In this document: piece by piece, positions 28,988 through 38,930 of the stretch
How the letters are laid out: every line of letters starts with the position of its first letter
How positions within the stretch are numbered: the first letter of the stretch is position 1
DNA from: Clostridia bacterium
GTDB lineage: Bacteria; Bacillota; Clostridia; Christensenellales; Borkfalkiaceae
Length of the DNA stretch: 64,000 nt
Direction: 5' to 3'
NCBI GenBank assembly: GCA_900764105.1
Contig: CAAFMS010000013.1
Location: 28,445-92,444 of the forward strand
Made by a program: the position numbers and the translations under genes
Notes under the pieces: generated by a model
Database searches by the model: none
Seen by the model: the letters and a program-made list of their open reading frames with translations, nothing else
Told to the model about the DNA's origin: nothing

Positions 28988-30396
28988 TATATAATTTGTT
29001 AGCGATGCCGACGGCGCTCAGAACGGCGTTATACGCAATTCTGGCGATACTTATGCTTATGCTTATGATAACCGTCCACGAACTCGGACATTATCTCGTC
29101 GGTAAAATTTTTAAATTCAAGATAAACGAATTTTCGATAGGAATGGGTCCCGCGATTTTCAAACGCAAGATGAAAAGCGGCGAACAGTTCTCGATAAGGG
29201 CGTTTCCGCTCGGCGGTTTCTGCGCGTTCGAGGGCGAGGACGACGATAAAGACGACCCGAACGCGTTCAACAATAAAAAGCCTTGGCAGAGAATATTGGT
29301 TCTTATCGCCGGCGCGTTTATGAACTACGTTTTAGCCATTCTGATAATAATTCTGTCTATGTCGATTTACGGTCAGACGGTTATGGGCGTACAATACGCG
29401 AGACACGACGACGCCATTTACGGACAGACCATCGAGTCGCAAATACCCGCCGATAAGTCGATTAACGACGGGGAATACATTTTATCGATAACGAAAAACG
29501 GCAAAAAAACGAACGTATATATGACTGTCGATTTAATCTCCGCGCTCAATCACGCGAAGAAAGGCGACGAAGTTACGCTCGAAATAATGAAGGGCGATAA
29601 GAATACCGAAAAGAAAACGATAATACTTCGCTCGGACGTCGAGTGCAAAAATATCACCGAGGTGACGAAGGTATACGAGGCTCTCGGGATAGGTTCGGCT
29701 ATGCAGGTCGAGCCGACGAGCGAAAACTCGCCGTTAAAAAACGGTAACTTTATTATAAAAATAGGCAAGACGGGCGAAGAATACAAAAACGCAACGTTCG
29801 TGTATTCTGCGGACGATATAGCGTACGTCTTGAAAAATTTCGACGGCGACTCGTTCGCGATTTGGACGTCGAGAGATAATTCGGTAATTCTCACGCTCAG
29901 CGACGAACTGAAAGCGGCGGCAAGTAGCGGCGGCGAAGCGGTTATGGCTGCGCTCGGGGTAAAGGATACGGGCGTCCGCTCATATTATACCGCGGCGAAG
30001 TATATGAAACTCGGCTTTTTCAGAACGATAGGACACTCGTTCGAGTATTCGTTCAAGATTGCGGGAACGGTGTTCAGAACGCTCGGTCAACTACTGACGG
30101 GTAAACTCGGGTTAAGCGCAGTCGGCGGAACGGTTACGACGATAGTTACGACGACCAAAGTTATAAGTTACGGCTTAGTGTACGCGCTGGAAATAATGAG
30201 TTTTATAGGCGTAAACCTTGCGGTGTTCAATCTTTTGCCGATACCCGCGCTCGACGGGGCGAGAGTAGTGTTCTGTTTAATCGAATGGATCAGAAAAAAG
30301 CCCGTGAACAGAAAAGTCGAAGCGGCGGTAAACGGTATAGGCTTGATTTTAATTCTCGGCTTTGCGATACTCGTAGATATACTGCAATTTATTTAG
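28969..30396 (+). CDS. rseP: RIP zinc metalloprotease RseP/RasP (site-2 protease) with a PDZ domain.
   Basis: HELGHYLVGK HExxH in TM1, a PDZ region, and a C-terminal LDG motif (NLLPIPALDGARV). The precise start is uncertain; Met at 29005 or later is possible. Confidence 0.85.
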   Translation: MRGRILIYNLLAMPTALRTALYAILAILMLMLMITVHELGHYLVGKIFKFKINEFSIGMGPAIFKRKMKSGEQFSIRAFPLGGFCAFEGEDDDKDDPNAFNNKKPWQRILVLIAGAFMNYVLAILIIILSMSIYGQTVMGVQYARHDDAIYGQTIESQIPADKSINDGEYILSITKNGKKTNVYMTVDLISALNHAKKGDEVTLEIMKGDKNTEKKTIILRSDVECKNITEVTKVYEALGIGSAMQVEPTSENSPLKNGNFIIKIGKTGEEYKNATFVYSADDIAYVLKNFDGDSFAIWTSRDNSVILTLSDELKAAASSGGEAVMAALGVKDTGVRSYYTAAKYMKLGFFRTIGHSFEYSFKIAGTVFRTLGQLLTGKLGLSAVGGTVTTIVTTTKVISYGLVYALEIMSFIGVNLAVFNLLPIPALDGARVVFCLIEWIRKKPVNRKVEAAVNGIGLILILGFAILVDILQFI

Positions 30397-30517
30397 TAAC
30401 TATCTAATCTCGCATTTCCTTAATTGAAGCGGAGGAAATGTAGCGAAGCGACAAAAGAGGTTAGTAGTGGCGTTTTGCTTTGCAAGAGTTGTTTATCTAA
30501 AAGTAAATAGTAAAAAT

Positions 30518-30730
30518 CGCCTTCTCCTTCGGGGAAGGTGGCAAATTGAGCGGTTTTCCGCGAAGATTTGACGGAAGGGGACAATAAATCACTGCTTTTT
30601 ATTGGTTTGTGTTTTATCCCCTATCGGCTTGACTTCCATTTCATTCCGTCAACCCACTTCCTGCCTCTTTTGTCGCTTTGCGACATTTCCTCCGGTTCAA
30701 CGGAGGAATTTGCCCCCGAAGGAGGAAGCG
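30518..30730. mobile_element. Family B hairpin repeat copy B4 (variant arms plus an internal extra hairpin).
   Basis: cgccttctccttcggggaaggtggc ... tttatcccctatcggcttgacttccatttcattccgtcaacccacttcc ... cccgaaggaggaagcg. Confidence 0.6.
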
Positions 30731-30928
30731 GTCAATGTACGTCTCTTTCGTTTTATCGGGAGAGTATATCTTGGAAGGGGAAGTATGAAAGATAATTCTT
30801 TCACATTTTTTCCGAAAAAACGTATTGAAAAAGCAAAAACAGTTTAATTGTAAAAAATACGGATATTTACCCGTTGCGGTAAATATCCGTATTTCCCTAT
30901 TTTCTACATTTTCTGCATTGTTTGGTTT

Positions 30929-31297
30929 TTATCGGCTACGCTTTTCGTAGTCCTCTATCGCCGCTTTAATCGCTTCTTCGGCAAGTACCGAGCAGTGAAT
31001 TTTCTGCGGGGGTAGTCCGCCGAGTTTGTCTATTACGACTTTATTCGTGATTTTCAACGCCTCTTCGACTGTTTTTCCGATAATCATCTGCGTTGCCGTC
31101 GAACTCGTCGCAATCGCCGCCGCGCAACCGAAAGTCTTGAATTTAGCGTCGGTTATTACGTCATTTTCGATTTTCAGCGTAACCTGCATTACGTCTCCGC
31201 AAGCAGGGCTTCCTACTTTGCCGATTCCGCTGTAATCTTCTATTTCGCCCACGTTCTGCGGATTCTGAAAGGCTTCCATTACCTTTTCGTTATACAT
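30929..31297 (-). CDS. iscU: Fe-S cluster assembly scaffold NifU/IscU-like.
   Basis: PACGDVMQV ... GCAAAIATS conserved Cys ligands. 122 aa. Confidence 0.85.
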   Translation of the reverse strand: MYNEKVMEAFQNPQNVGEIEDYSGIGKVGSPACGDVMQVTLKIENDVITDAKFKTFGCAAAIATSSTATQMIIGKTVEEALKITNKVVIDKLGGLPPQKIHCSVLAEEAIKAAIEDYEKRSR

Positions 31298-31300
31298 ATA

Positions 31301-32488
31301 TTACACCTCCTTAATTTCGCCGTTGAGTTTGAAAAGCGGCGACATTTTTCTTAGTCTCGTAGTAATTTCTTTTAGTTTTTCGACCGCATAGTCGATTTCT
31401 TCAATCGTATTTTCCTTTCCGAATGAAAACCTTATCGAACCGTGAGCGGTCTCTACGGGAACTCCTATCGCAAGCAGAACGTGCGACGGTTCGAGCGAAC
31501 CCGACGAACACGCCGAACCCGACGATACGGCTATTCCCGCAAGATCGAGACTGAACAAGATCGACTCGCCCTCGATATATTCAAACGAAAAATCTGCGTT
31601 GCAGGGCAGTCTCTTCGAGAAATCTTTCGGTCCGTTGAGCCGAACGTAAGGGATTTCCTTCATAACCCTGTCTATAAATCTGTCTCTGAGGAAAGCGACG
31701 TATTTTACGTCCTCTTCGAGCGTTTCGTAGGTGAGAGATAACGCTTCGGCAAAGCCTACTACCGACGGAACGTTCGTCGTTCCGCCTCTTCTCGTCCTTT
31801 CCTGATGTCCGCCCGAGATAAGCCTCGCCACGGGTACGCCCGTCTTTATATATAACGCCCCGATTCCTTTCGGACCGTTGAATTTGTGCGCCGAAATACT
31901 CATCATATCCACGCCGAGTTCTTTGAGGTTTATCCTCGTCGCGCCGACTGCCTGAACGGCGTCCGTGTGACAGATAATTCCGTATTTTTTCGCGATTTTC
32001 ACGACTTCCTCTATCGGCTCGATAGTTCCTATCTCGTTGTTCGCATACATACACGATATTAAAATCGTGTCTTTGCGGATAGACTTTTCGAGTTCGTCAA
32101 GGTCTATAAATCCCTCTTTATCGACGGATAAACAGGTGAATTCGAAGCCGTCTTTTTCGAGTTCTTTCGCGGTGGAGAGCATTGCGGCGTGTTCTATTTT
32201 CGTGATAATGACGTGCTTGCCTTTGCCCTTTAACGCTTCGCAGACGCCTCTTAAAGTCCAGTTGTCCGCTTCCGTGCCGCCCGAGGTGAAGTATATCTCG
32301 CTCGGTTTCGCGCCGAGAAGGCTCGCGATTTTGTCTCTCGCCTTGTCAACCGCTTCCATAGCGTCTCTGCCGTATTTGTGTTGGCTGTTCGCGTTTCCGT
32401 AAATCTCCGTAAAAAACGGAAGCATCTTTTTTACGACCCTTTCGTCCGTTCTCGTCGTGGCGGAATGGTCAAAATAAATCTCTTTCAT
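31301..32488 (-). CDS. nifS: Cysteine desulfurase (NifS/IscS class, PLP-dependent).
   Basis: SAHKFNGPKG PLP-lysine motif and SSGSACSS active-site Cys. 395 aa. Confidence 0.85.
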   Translation of the reverse strand: MKEIYFDHSATTRTDERVVKKMLPFFTEIYGNANSQHKYGRDAMEAVDKARDKIASLLGAKPSEIYFTSGGTEADNWTLRGVCEALKGKGKHVIITKIEHAAMLSTAKELEKDGFEFTCLSVDKEGFIDLDELEKSIRKDTILISCMYANNEIGTIEPIEEVVKIAKKYGIICHTDAVQAVGATRINLKELGVDMMSISAHKFNGPKGIGALYIKTGVPVARLISGGHQERTRRGGTTNVPSVVGFAEALSLTYETLEEDVKYVAFLRDRFIDRVMKEIPYVRLNGPKDFSKRLPCNADFSFEYIEGESILFSLDLAGIAVSSGSACSSGSLEPSHVLLAIGVPVETAHGSIRFSFGKENTIEEIDYAVEKLKEITTRLRKMSPLFKLNGEIKEV

Positions 32489-32590
32489 AAGGTTGCCTCA
32501 CGAAACAATATCCTACCTACTCGGTAGGATATATACAGTATATCATTGAATTTCTAAGTTGTCAACTGATTTTTAAAACTTTTGTCATTA

Positions 32591-33298
32591 TTATCTTGTC
32601 CGGCATGGTTTGTCGTTGTTTTCACCGAAAAGAATTGCGTTTAGTTCCTCGGTTTTTCTGCGGGGGACAGAGTCGTCGTAATAGGCGTTAATCGCCTTAT
32701 AGGCTAACTTATCGCCGTCGATGTCTAAAATTCCGAACCTCGCGCAGTCCTTTTCGAGGAAGTTTCCGAGCGTTCCGAAGTTGAGGTAATATTTGTCGCC
32801 CAAACGGGTAAAAGACCCCGTGTGTTCGTGTCCGAAAAGGAATACGTTACCTTTAAGACCCGAAAAAAGTTCGCGAACCTCGTTATCGGTCGGCATATAG
32901 ATTATGTCCTTAAACCTGCCCTTTTTATTCATAGGATAGTGAAAAGCGACGATTTCGTATTTGCCGTCCTTATACGTTACCGAACGGGGAAGAGAAGAAA
33001 GGAATTCCTTCGACGCCTCGGAAAGAACTTTTTGTTGCCAGCGGAACATTTTAAGCCGAGTGTCCTCTTTCGGAAATTCGTCAAGGTCGAGGCAGACGAA
33101 GATATCGTGATTGCCTTTCACGCAAACGATATCTTTGCGTTTTCGGACAAGCGATACGGTCTCCTCGGGGTAAAATCCGTTGCCGACGATATCCCCGAGA
33201 AGAAGAGTGACGTCGGGCTTATATTTGTCTATTTCGGAAAGGGCGGCTCTCAAAGCGAAAACGTTTGAATGTACGTCCGATATAATTGCATATTTCAT
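32591..33298 (-). CDS. Calcineurin-like metallophosphoesterase.
   Basis: DVHSN ... GDIVGNG ... GNHD motifs. Confidence 0.7.
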   Translation of the reverse strand: MKYAIISDVHSNVFALRAALSEIDKYKPDVTLLLGDIVGNGFYPEETVSLVRKRKDIVCVKGNHDIFVCLDLDEFPKEDTRLKMFRWQQKVLSEASKEFLSSLPRSVTYKDGKYEIVAFHYPMNKKGRFKDIIYMPTDNEVRELFSGLKGNVFLFGHEHTGSFTRLGDKYYLNFGTLGNFLEKDCARFGILDIDGDKLAYKAINAYYDDSVPRRKTEELNAILFGENNDKPCRTR

Positions 33299-33435
33299 CG
33301 AGAATCATTTTATCATATTTCAACTGTTTTTGTCAACAATGGCGAGCAAAACGCTTGTTTTTATTTGCGGTATAGGGTATAATATAGGAGCCGTAGGCGG
33401 CTGCCTGCGGATAGCCGATAAACGCGGAGGGAAAT

Positions 33436-33702
33436 ATGAAAGTCAGAAAGGGATTTGTTTTGAGAAAGGTCGGGGACACGCAGTATGCGGTTGCGACGGG
33501 CGAAGCGTTGAAGTATTTCAAAGGAATGTTAAAACTCAACGAAATGGGCGCGTATATGTTCACGCTTTTGCAAGAGGACACGAACGCGAACAAAATTGCG
33601 GACAGAATTTTAGAGTCGTTCGACGCGGACAAGGAGACGGTTCTTGCGGACGTAAATGATTTTATAGCGAAACTTAAATCGATTAACGTCATCGAAGGCT
33701 GA
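33436..33702 (+). CDS. PqqD-family protein (a stand-alone RiPP recognition element-like protein).
   Basis: 88 aa. The pattern GFVLRKVGDTQYAV ... LNEMGAYMFTLL ... ADVNDFIAKLKSINVIEG resembles PqqD/RRE domains. GGAGGG RBS. No radical-SAM or precursor gene is adjacent. Confidence 0.5.
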   Translation: MKVRKGFVLRKVGDTQYAVATGEALKYFKGMLKLNEMGAYMFTLLQEDTNANKIADRILESFDADKETVLADVNDFIAKLKSINVIEG

Positions 33703-33826
33703 AAAACGGAAAGGGTTTAAATACCGACGAAAGAATAGCGAAGCGACAGAGTATATATGCGGAACTGTCCGTATGTTCTCGCTTTCCCCTTTGAAGTTGA
33801 TTGTTTTGTTTATGTTTTATTTCTTG

Positions 33827-33967
33827 CCGTCACCTTCGGGGAAGGTGTCGCTGAAAGCGACGGAAGGGGACAATAAATCACTACTACATTTCGCTTTACA
33901 TTTTTATCCCCTATCGTCAAAATCTCGCTTACGCTCTATTTTGCCACTTCCCCCGAAGGAGGAAGCG
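33827..33967. mobile_element. Family B hairpin repeat copy B5.
   Basis: caccttcggggaaggtg ... ttatcccctatcgtcaaaatctcgcttacgctctattttgccacttcccccgaaggaggaagcg. Confidence 0.6.
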
Positions 33968-34152
33968 TTGTTTGCCGTTTTTACAATGTCTGCCGCTTTA
34001 ACGGAATGGGAAAGCGAGTCGGATAGTTGCGTTATAAAGCAAGCAATAGTTCAAAAATTCGTATCTATTTATAAAAGCCTCGGGCGGAATTTCCATTGAA
34101 ATTCCGCCCGAGGCTTTTGCTATGTGTTTTACTTTATTTTTTTCGCAATTTC

Positions 34153-35337
34153 TTATCTCAATTCCCTTTGTTCCTTTTTCTTCGGAATACATAAAATCAT
34201 TATACCTATGAATAAAATCAACGGGTAAATCGTAGAGAATAAAAGCCCCGTTTTAATGTCCGACGTTATAATTCCTTGTAAGGACGGGCCTATCGTACAG
34301 CCGACGTCGCCTGCCAAAGCGAGCATTCCGAACATCTTCGTGCCGCCGACGGGAAAACTTTTTCCTGCCAACGAGTAAATTCCGGGCCACATTATTCCGA
34401 CGAAAAGGCCGCTTAAAGCAATTCCCGCAAGCGATAAATAGGGTATGGGCGACAGCGAAGCGAGCAAGTACGCGCCCGTAAGCAACGCCGCGCAGAACGC
34501 TATCGCGAGTTTTAGGTTCATTTTATCGCCTAAGAAGCCGTAGGCGGTACGGGAAATCGCCATTCCGAGGGCGAATAAACACGCGCCTAAGAGGTCGCCC
34601 GTCGTCTTGTTCGATATTCCGAGACTTACTTCCGCAAAATACGATGCCCATTGAGCGATAGCCTGCTCGGCCGCTCCCGCCATCGCCATTAAAATAAGGA
34701 AGAGCATAAAACCTCTCATTTTAAATATCTTTTTGTACGGCGTGGGGTCGTTGTCCGCTTCGAGTTTTTCTATCGGACATTTCGCGAACAAAAACGAGTT
34801 TGCAACGGGTATTACGGCGAGGAGAATCGGCAGAAACGCCCAATATTCGATAGAGAATAAGTTAAAGAAAAGGGTTGCGAAGAGTACGACGAAAATCTGC
34901 CCCCAACTGAAAAAGGAGTGCAAAAGACACATCGCCCCCGACTTGTTTTCGAGCGGCAACGCTTCGACGAGCGGACTTAAAACCACTTCGACGAAACCTC
35001 CGCCGACAGCCATAAAAGCCGTCGCTATCATTACACCCGCGTAAGGCGACATAACGTTCGGAAGTACTCCGAGAGTAACGAGTCCGATTGCCGAAAGAGT
35101 CTGCGCGATAATCGTGCTTTTTCTGTACCCGAGTTTATTCGCAATAATCGCCGAGCAGGAATCGATGATAATTTGCAAACCGAAGTTGAAAAATACGATA
35201 AAGGAAAGTTGCAGTTCCGAAAACGAAAACTGCTTTGAAAACCTCGCGAAAAGAAGTGGGGTTAAGTTGTTTACGATCGCTTGCACGACGTAGCCGATAT
35301 AGCACGCGGCAAGGGTCGAACGATATTTATTCTTCAT
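34153..35337 (-). CDS. MFS transporter.
   Basis: 12 predicted TM helices and an MFS-type loop pattern. 394 aa. Confidence 0.7.
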   Translation of the reverse strand: MKNKYRSTLAACYIGYVVQAIVNNLTPLLFARFSKQFSFSELQLSFIVFFNFGLQIIIDSCSAIIANKLGYRKSTIIAQTLSAIGLVTLGVLPNVMSPYAGVMIATAFMAVGGGFVEVVLSPLVEALPLENKSGAMCLLHSFFSWGQIFVVLFATLFFNLFSIEYWAFLPILLAVIPVANSFLFAKCPIEKLEADNDPTPYKKIFKMRGFMLFLILMAMAGAAEQAIAQWASYFAEVSLGISNKTTGDLLGACLFALGMAISRTAYGFLGDKMNLKLAIAFCAALLTGAYLLASLSPIPYLSLAGIALSGLFVGIMWPGIYSLAGKSFPVGGTKMFGMLALAGDVGCTIGPSLQGIITSDIKTGLLFSTIYPLILFIGIMILCIPKKKEQRELR

Positions 35338-35572
35338 AATTTGCCTATTCTAACATATAAATAGTTAAAAAGCAACCTTTTTTACGCGTCAAATAAAAAT
35401 GTTATTTATAAAAGTTTGCCTATAAGTCGATTAACGGGCGTTCTACCGTGAGTAGAATAAAATATTTCACCTCTACTTTCAGTTTTGTCGAAATATAGTT
35501 ACATACTTATTCAAACGCTTGCAAGATTAAGAAGAGATAATTATAATAAATAAAAAACTTCGGAGACAAAAT

Positions 35573-36412
35573 ATGAGTAAAATAGCGATTTCGCTTGACA
35601 GCGCATGCGACCTTACGAAAGAACTTATCGAAAAATTCGATTTCAAAATCATACCGTTCGGCGTGACGATGGGCGACAGATTTTTCTACGACGGAGAAGT
35701 TGATACTTTGGAAATATTCGAGTACGCAGACAAAAACAAAGTTCTGCCGAAAACCAACGCCGTGAACGAAGAGGCGTTTAAAGAACATTTCGCAAAGATT
35801 CTGGAGACTTACGACGCGATTATACACTTCGATATTTCGTCGGAGATGTCGAGCGCGTACAATAACGCCGTAAACGCGGCAAAGAACTTCAAAAACGTTT
35901 ACTGCGTAGACAGCAGGACGCTTTCGACCGGTATATCGCTTCTTGCTATTTACGCGAAGAAACTCACCGAGACTATGGACGATCCCGAAAAGATAGTCGA
36001 AAAAGTCAAGGAGAGAATAGACAACGTACAGGCGAGTTTCATTATCGAGAGGCTCGATTATCTGTATAGAGGCGGCCGTTGTTCGGGTCTTGCTCTTCTC
36101 GGCGCGAATCTTTTGAAACTTCGTCCCGAAATCGAGGTTAAAAACGGCGTAATGAAAAACACCGAGAAATTCAGAGGCAGAATGCAGGACTGCGTAACGA
36201 AGTATTGCAGAGCCACGCTTGAAAAGTACAACAACCCCGACAAATCGGTAATATTCATAACGCACAGCAAAGCCACGCCCGAAATGGTCGCGGCGGCGAG
36301 AGAAGTCGTAAACGAGTACGGTTTCGAGAACGTATACGAGACTACGGCGGGTTGCACGGTATCGAGCCATTGCGGCAAAAACACGCTCGGAATACTGTAT
36401 ATAAACCTTTGA
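35573..36412 (+). CDS. DegV-family fatty-acid-binding protein.
   Basis: MSKIAISLDSACDL ... the DegV/EDD fold pattern. 279 aa. Confidence 0.8.
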   Translation: MSKIAISLDSACDLTKELIEKFDFKIIPFGVTMGDRFFYDGEVDTLEIFEYADKNKVLPKTNAVNEEAFKEHFAKILETYDAIIHFDISSEMSSAYNNAVNAAKNFKNVYCVDSRTLSTGISLLAIYAKKLTETMDDPEKIVEKVKERIDNVQASFIIERLDYLYRGGRCSGLALLGANLLKLRPEIEVKNGVMKNTEKFRGRMQDCVTKYCRATLEKYNNPDKSVIFITHSKATPEMVAAAREVVNEYGFENVYETTAGCTVSSHCGKNTLGILYINL

Positions 36413-36494
36413 CTTAAAATAAGATAGTTAATAATAGTATAAAAGACTTCCTCTAAGGTCATAATAGAAAAAGACTTAAAGGAGGTCTTTTAAT

Positions 36495-36641
36495 ATGCAA
36501 AACAAAAACGAAAACATCAAATGCGACGTTTGCGAATGCGAACACAACTTCCACGGCAAAAACTGCTCTTTGGGTACGGTGAAAATCACCTGCGGTAAAG
36601 AGGGTTGCACCTGCTGCGACGATTATGTCAAACAAAAATAA
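36495..36641 (+). CDS. Small cysteine-rich protein (48 aa), DUF1540-like.
   Basis: Not in the ORF track (under 60 aa). A perfect AAAGGAGG RBS lies 8 nt upstream. Translates to MQNKNENIKCDVCECEHNFHGKNCSLGTVKITCGKEGCTCCDDYVKQK, which fits the [IV]KC.V..C.[HY]N....C.A..I.[IV] pattern. A rho-independent terminator follows at about 36703-36745. Confidence 0.55.
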   Translation: MQNKNENIKCDVCECEHNFHGKNCSLGTVKITCGKEGCTCCDDYVKQK

Positions 36642-36702
36642 TACAAGGTTCGTACTATTTTTGTCTGACATCAAACTAAGAAATAAGGCGCTTTAAGAGA
36701 AA

Positions 36703-36745
36703 GAAACCGCAAATCCGTCCGAAAGGTCTGAATTGCGGTTTTTTA
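36703..36745 (+). terminator. Rho-independent terminator.
   Basis: aaaccgcaa...ttgcggtttttt hairpin followed by a T-tract. Confidence 0.6.
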
Positions 36746-36891
36746 TTATGTATTATATAATGTTATAAAATCGAATTTTTGTAAAATAAATTTTAAATTT
36801 GCTTTCAATTACGACAGGCGTATGTTGTAGTTGTTGCCTTATAATAGAGCCATAAAACTTGGTTAGTTCAAATCTAACTACGGAGGTTATT

Positions 36892-37479
36892 ATGGCAGTA
36901 AGCAGAATTATGTTAAAGACCGCTATTTGCGGCGGAACGGAAAATCAGTTTTTACTCGGCGAGAAGTATTTTTACGGCTACGGCGAACAGAAAAATCTCG
37001 CCTTGGCGGAGAGTTGGTACAAAGAAGCGGCGAAAAAAGGTCACGCCGCCGCTACCTATATGTACGGCTATATGACGATTAACGGGCTTGCGGGCGAAAT
37101 AAATCTGCGTAAAGGCAATTTGCTCATAAAAAAGGCGGCGGCAAAGAACAATCTTAAAGCGATGCTTCTTTTAGCGCGGAATTATTATTATGGTTACGGC
37201 ATAAAACGCAACGAGAAAAAGGCGTTTAAAACGTGGGAAAAGGGCGCGAAACTCGGTTGCGCCGAAGCCGAATACTACCTCGGACTTTGCTATGAGAAGG
37301 GCATTTACGTTAAGCCCGACCTTATGCGCGCGAAAAAACATTTGTACAACGCTTTGGAGTCGGGTTTCGACCTCGCGAAAATCGCGCTGAACGATTATTC
37401 CGGCGGTAAAAGTACCTCTTTGCCCGGCTTTGAATATACGGCTCGTACTCTTTCTTCCGACCTTGTAAAAATCGCTTGA
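36892..37479 (+). CDS. Sel1/TPR-like repeat protein.
   Basis: Repeated Sel1 units (A.YMYGYMTINGLAG, NYYYGYGIKRNEKKAFKTWEKGAKLGCAEAEYYLGLCY). GGAGG RBS before MAVSRIM at 36892. Confidence 0.65.
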   Translation: MAVSRIMLKTAICGGTENQFLLGEKYFYGYGEQKNLALAESWYKEAAKKGHAAATYMYGYMTINGLAGEINLRKGNLLIKKAAAKNNLKAMLLLARNYYYGYGIKRNEKKAFKTWEKGAKLGCAEAEYYLGLCYEKGIYVKPDLMRAKKHLYNALESGFDLAKIALNDYSGGKSTSLPGFEYTARTLSSDLVKIA

Positions 37480-37585
37480 ATAAGACGTTTTTATATTTTG
37501 TATAAGTAAAAACAGACTTTCTCACCTTGATTTTTCGGCAATTCTATGGTAAAATATCTCTAAACGACAATAAAAGGAGATCGTT

Positions 37586-38929
37586 ATGAAGGATTTGAAA
37601 TTCAGAGACGATTTGTACGCCGACATAAGGGTGGAACGCCGATTTACGACGAAAATAACTTACCTCAACGGCGACGTTAAAGAAATGAACGAACTCGACG
37701 TGACGAGAGCGTTTATAAGGGTGTTCGACGGAAATATGTGGTATTATTCCTCGACGACAAACGCGAGCGATTTGCAAAGCGAACTCGATTCCCTTTACGC
37801 GTTCGCGAAACCTGACCCGAAAATTTCCGAAAACCCCGTCGTTAAGGCGTTCGAGGTAAATAAGGATAAAAAAATCGTGTTTGCGGACGATTGCGTGGAT
37901 AAAATTCCTTTATCGGACAAGGCGAAACTCATTGCCGACGTTTTGCCTATGATTAAGGGCGACTACGTGAGCGTTGTGACGGGGATTTATATCGACAGAT
38001 ATTCGCGTTTTAATTTCAAGTCGTCTAAGGGCGCGGATATAGAGTACGATTATCAGACGAGCGGTTATTCGTTTATCGTTCAGTTTGCCGATAAAGACAA
38101 TAATTTCAGACACAATTTCGCCGATTGCAAAACCCTTTTCAAAGACCTTGTCATAACCCCCGAAAAGGTCAGAGACTTTTTAAAGGAGAGCGAAAATTTC
38201 CTTCTTCACGCGAAGCCGCTCGAAAAAGCGGGCGTTTATCCCGTGATTTTATCGCCGATAGTGACGGGCGTATTCGCTCACGAGTCGTTCGGACACAAGA
38301 GCGAGGCGGACTTTATGCTTGGCGACGAGACTATGAAAAAAGAATGGGCTATCGGCAAAAAGGTCGGGAGCGATATTCTGTCGATAGTCGACGAGGGCGG
38401 CGTTTTCGGCTCGGGCTACACGCCTTACGACGACGAAGGAACCAAATGTTCGGAGACCTATCTCATTAAAAACGGCGTTTTAACGGGCAGACTTCACAGC
38501 GTTTCCACTGCGGCGGAACTCGGCGAAAAGCCCACGGGCAACGCGAGGGCGGTTGATTGCGACTTCGAGCCGATAGTCAGAATGACGACCACCCACGTTA
38601 AAAGCGGAACTTCTACGTTCGACGAATTGGTAAAGGGAATAAAACACGGCTATTTTATAAATGGGGTGAGTCACGGCTCGGGTATGAGTACGTTCACTAT
38701 CGCCCCGACGATATGTTACGAGATAGTCGACGGCAAAATCGGCGACCCCGTAAAAATCGCGGTAATCACGGGCGACGTTTTCAAAACGCTTTCGCTTGTG
38801 GACGGACTCAGCAAAGAGTATGAAATTCTCTGCTTCGTGACGGGCGGTTGCGGAAAAATGGAACAATATCCGCTTCCCGTAGGGCTTGGCGGTCCGTATA
38901 TGAGAGTCAAAGAAATGGGGGTTCAATAA
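37586..38929 (+). CDS. tldD: TldD-family metallopeptidase.
   Basis: HESFGHKSEADFM HExxxH-type motif plus a GxC C-terminal motif. 447 aa. Confidence 0.8.
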   Translation: MKDLKFRDDLYADIRVERRFTTKITYLNGDVKEMNELDVTRAFIRVFDGNMWYYSSTTNASDLQSELDSLYAFAKPDPKISENPVVKAFEVNKDKKIVFADDCVDKIPLSDKAKLIADVLPMIKGDYVSVVTGIYIDRYSRFNFKSSKGADIEYDYQTSGYSFIVQFADKDNNFRHNFADCKTLFKDLVITPEKVRDFLKESENFLLHAKPLEKAGVYPVILSPIVTGVFAHESFGHKSEADFMLGDETMKKEWAIGKKVGSDILSIVDEGGVFGSGYTPYDDEGTKCSETYLIKNGVLTGRLHSVSTAAELGEKPTGNARAVDCDFEPIVRMTTTHVKSGTSTFDELVKGIKHGYFINGVSHGSGMSTFTIAPTICYEIVDGKIGDPVKIAVITGDVFKTLSLVDGLSKEYEILCFVTGGCGKMEQYPLPVGLGGPYMRVKEMGVQ

Positions 38930-38930
38930 T

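Noticed and set aside
28969-29004. Alternative early start of rseP overlapping dxr by 19 nt
   Set aside because: It is kept in the reported coordinates only because the true start cannot be resolved from sequence. No good SD precedes 28969, so an internal Met is equally plausible.
33180-33659. 159-aa Cys/Gly-rich ORF overlapping the PqqD-like gene, considered as a possible RiPP precursor
   Set aside because: It occupies a different frame across the entire PqqD-like CDS, which has the better RBS and the recognisable fold pattern. The promoter -10 box lies inside it.
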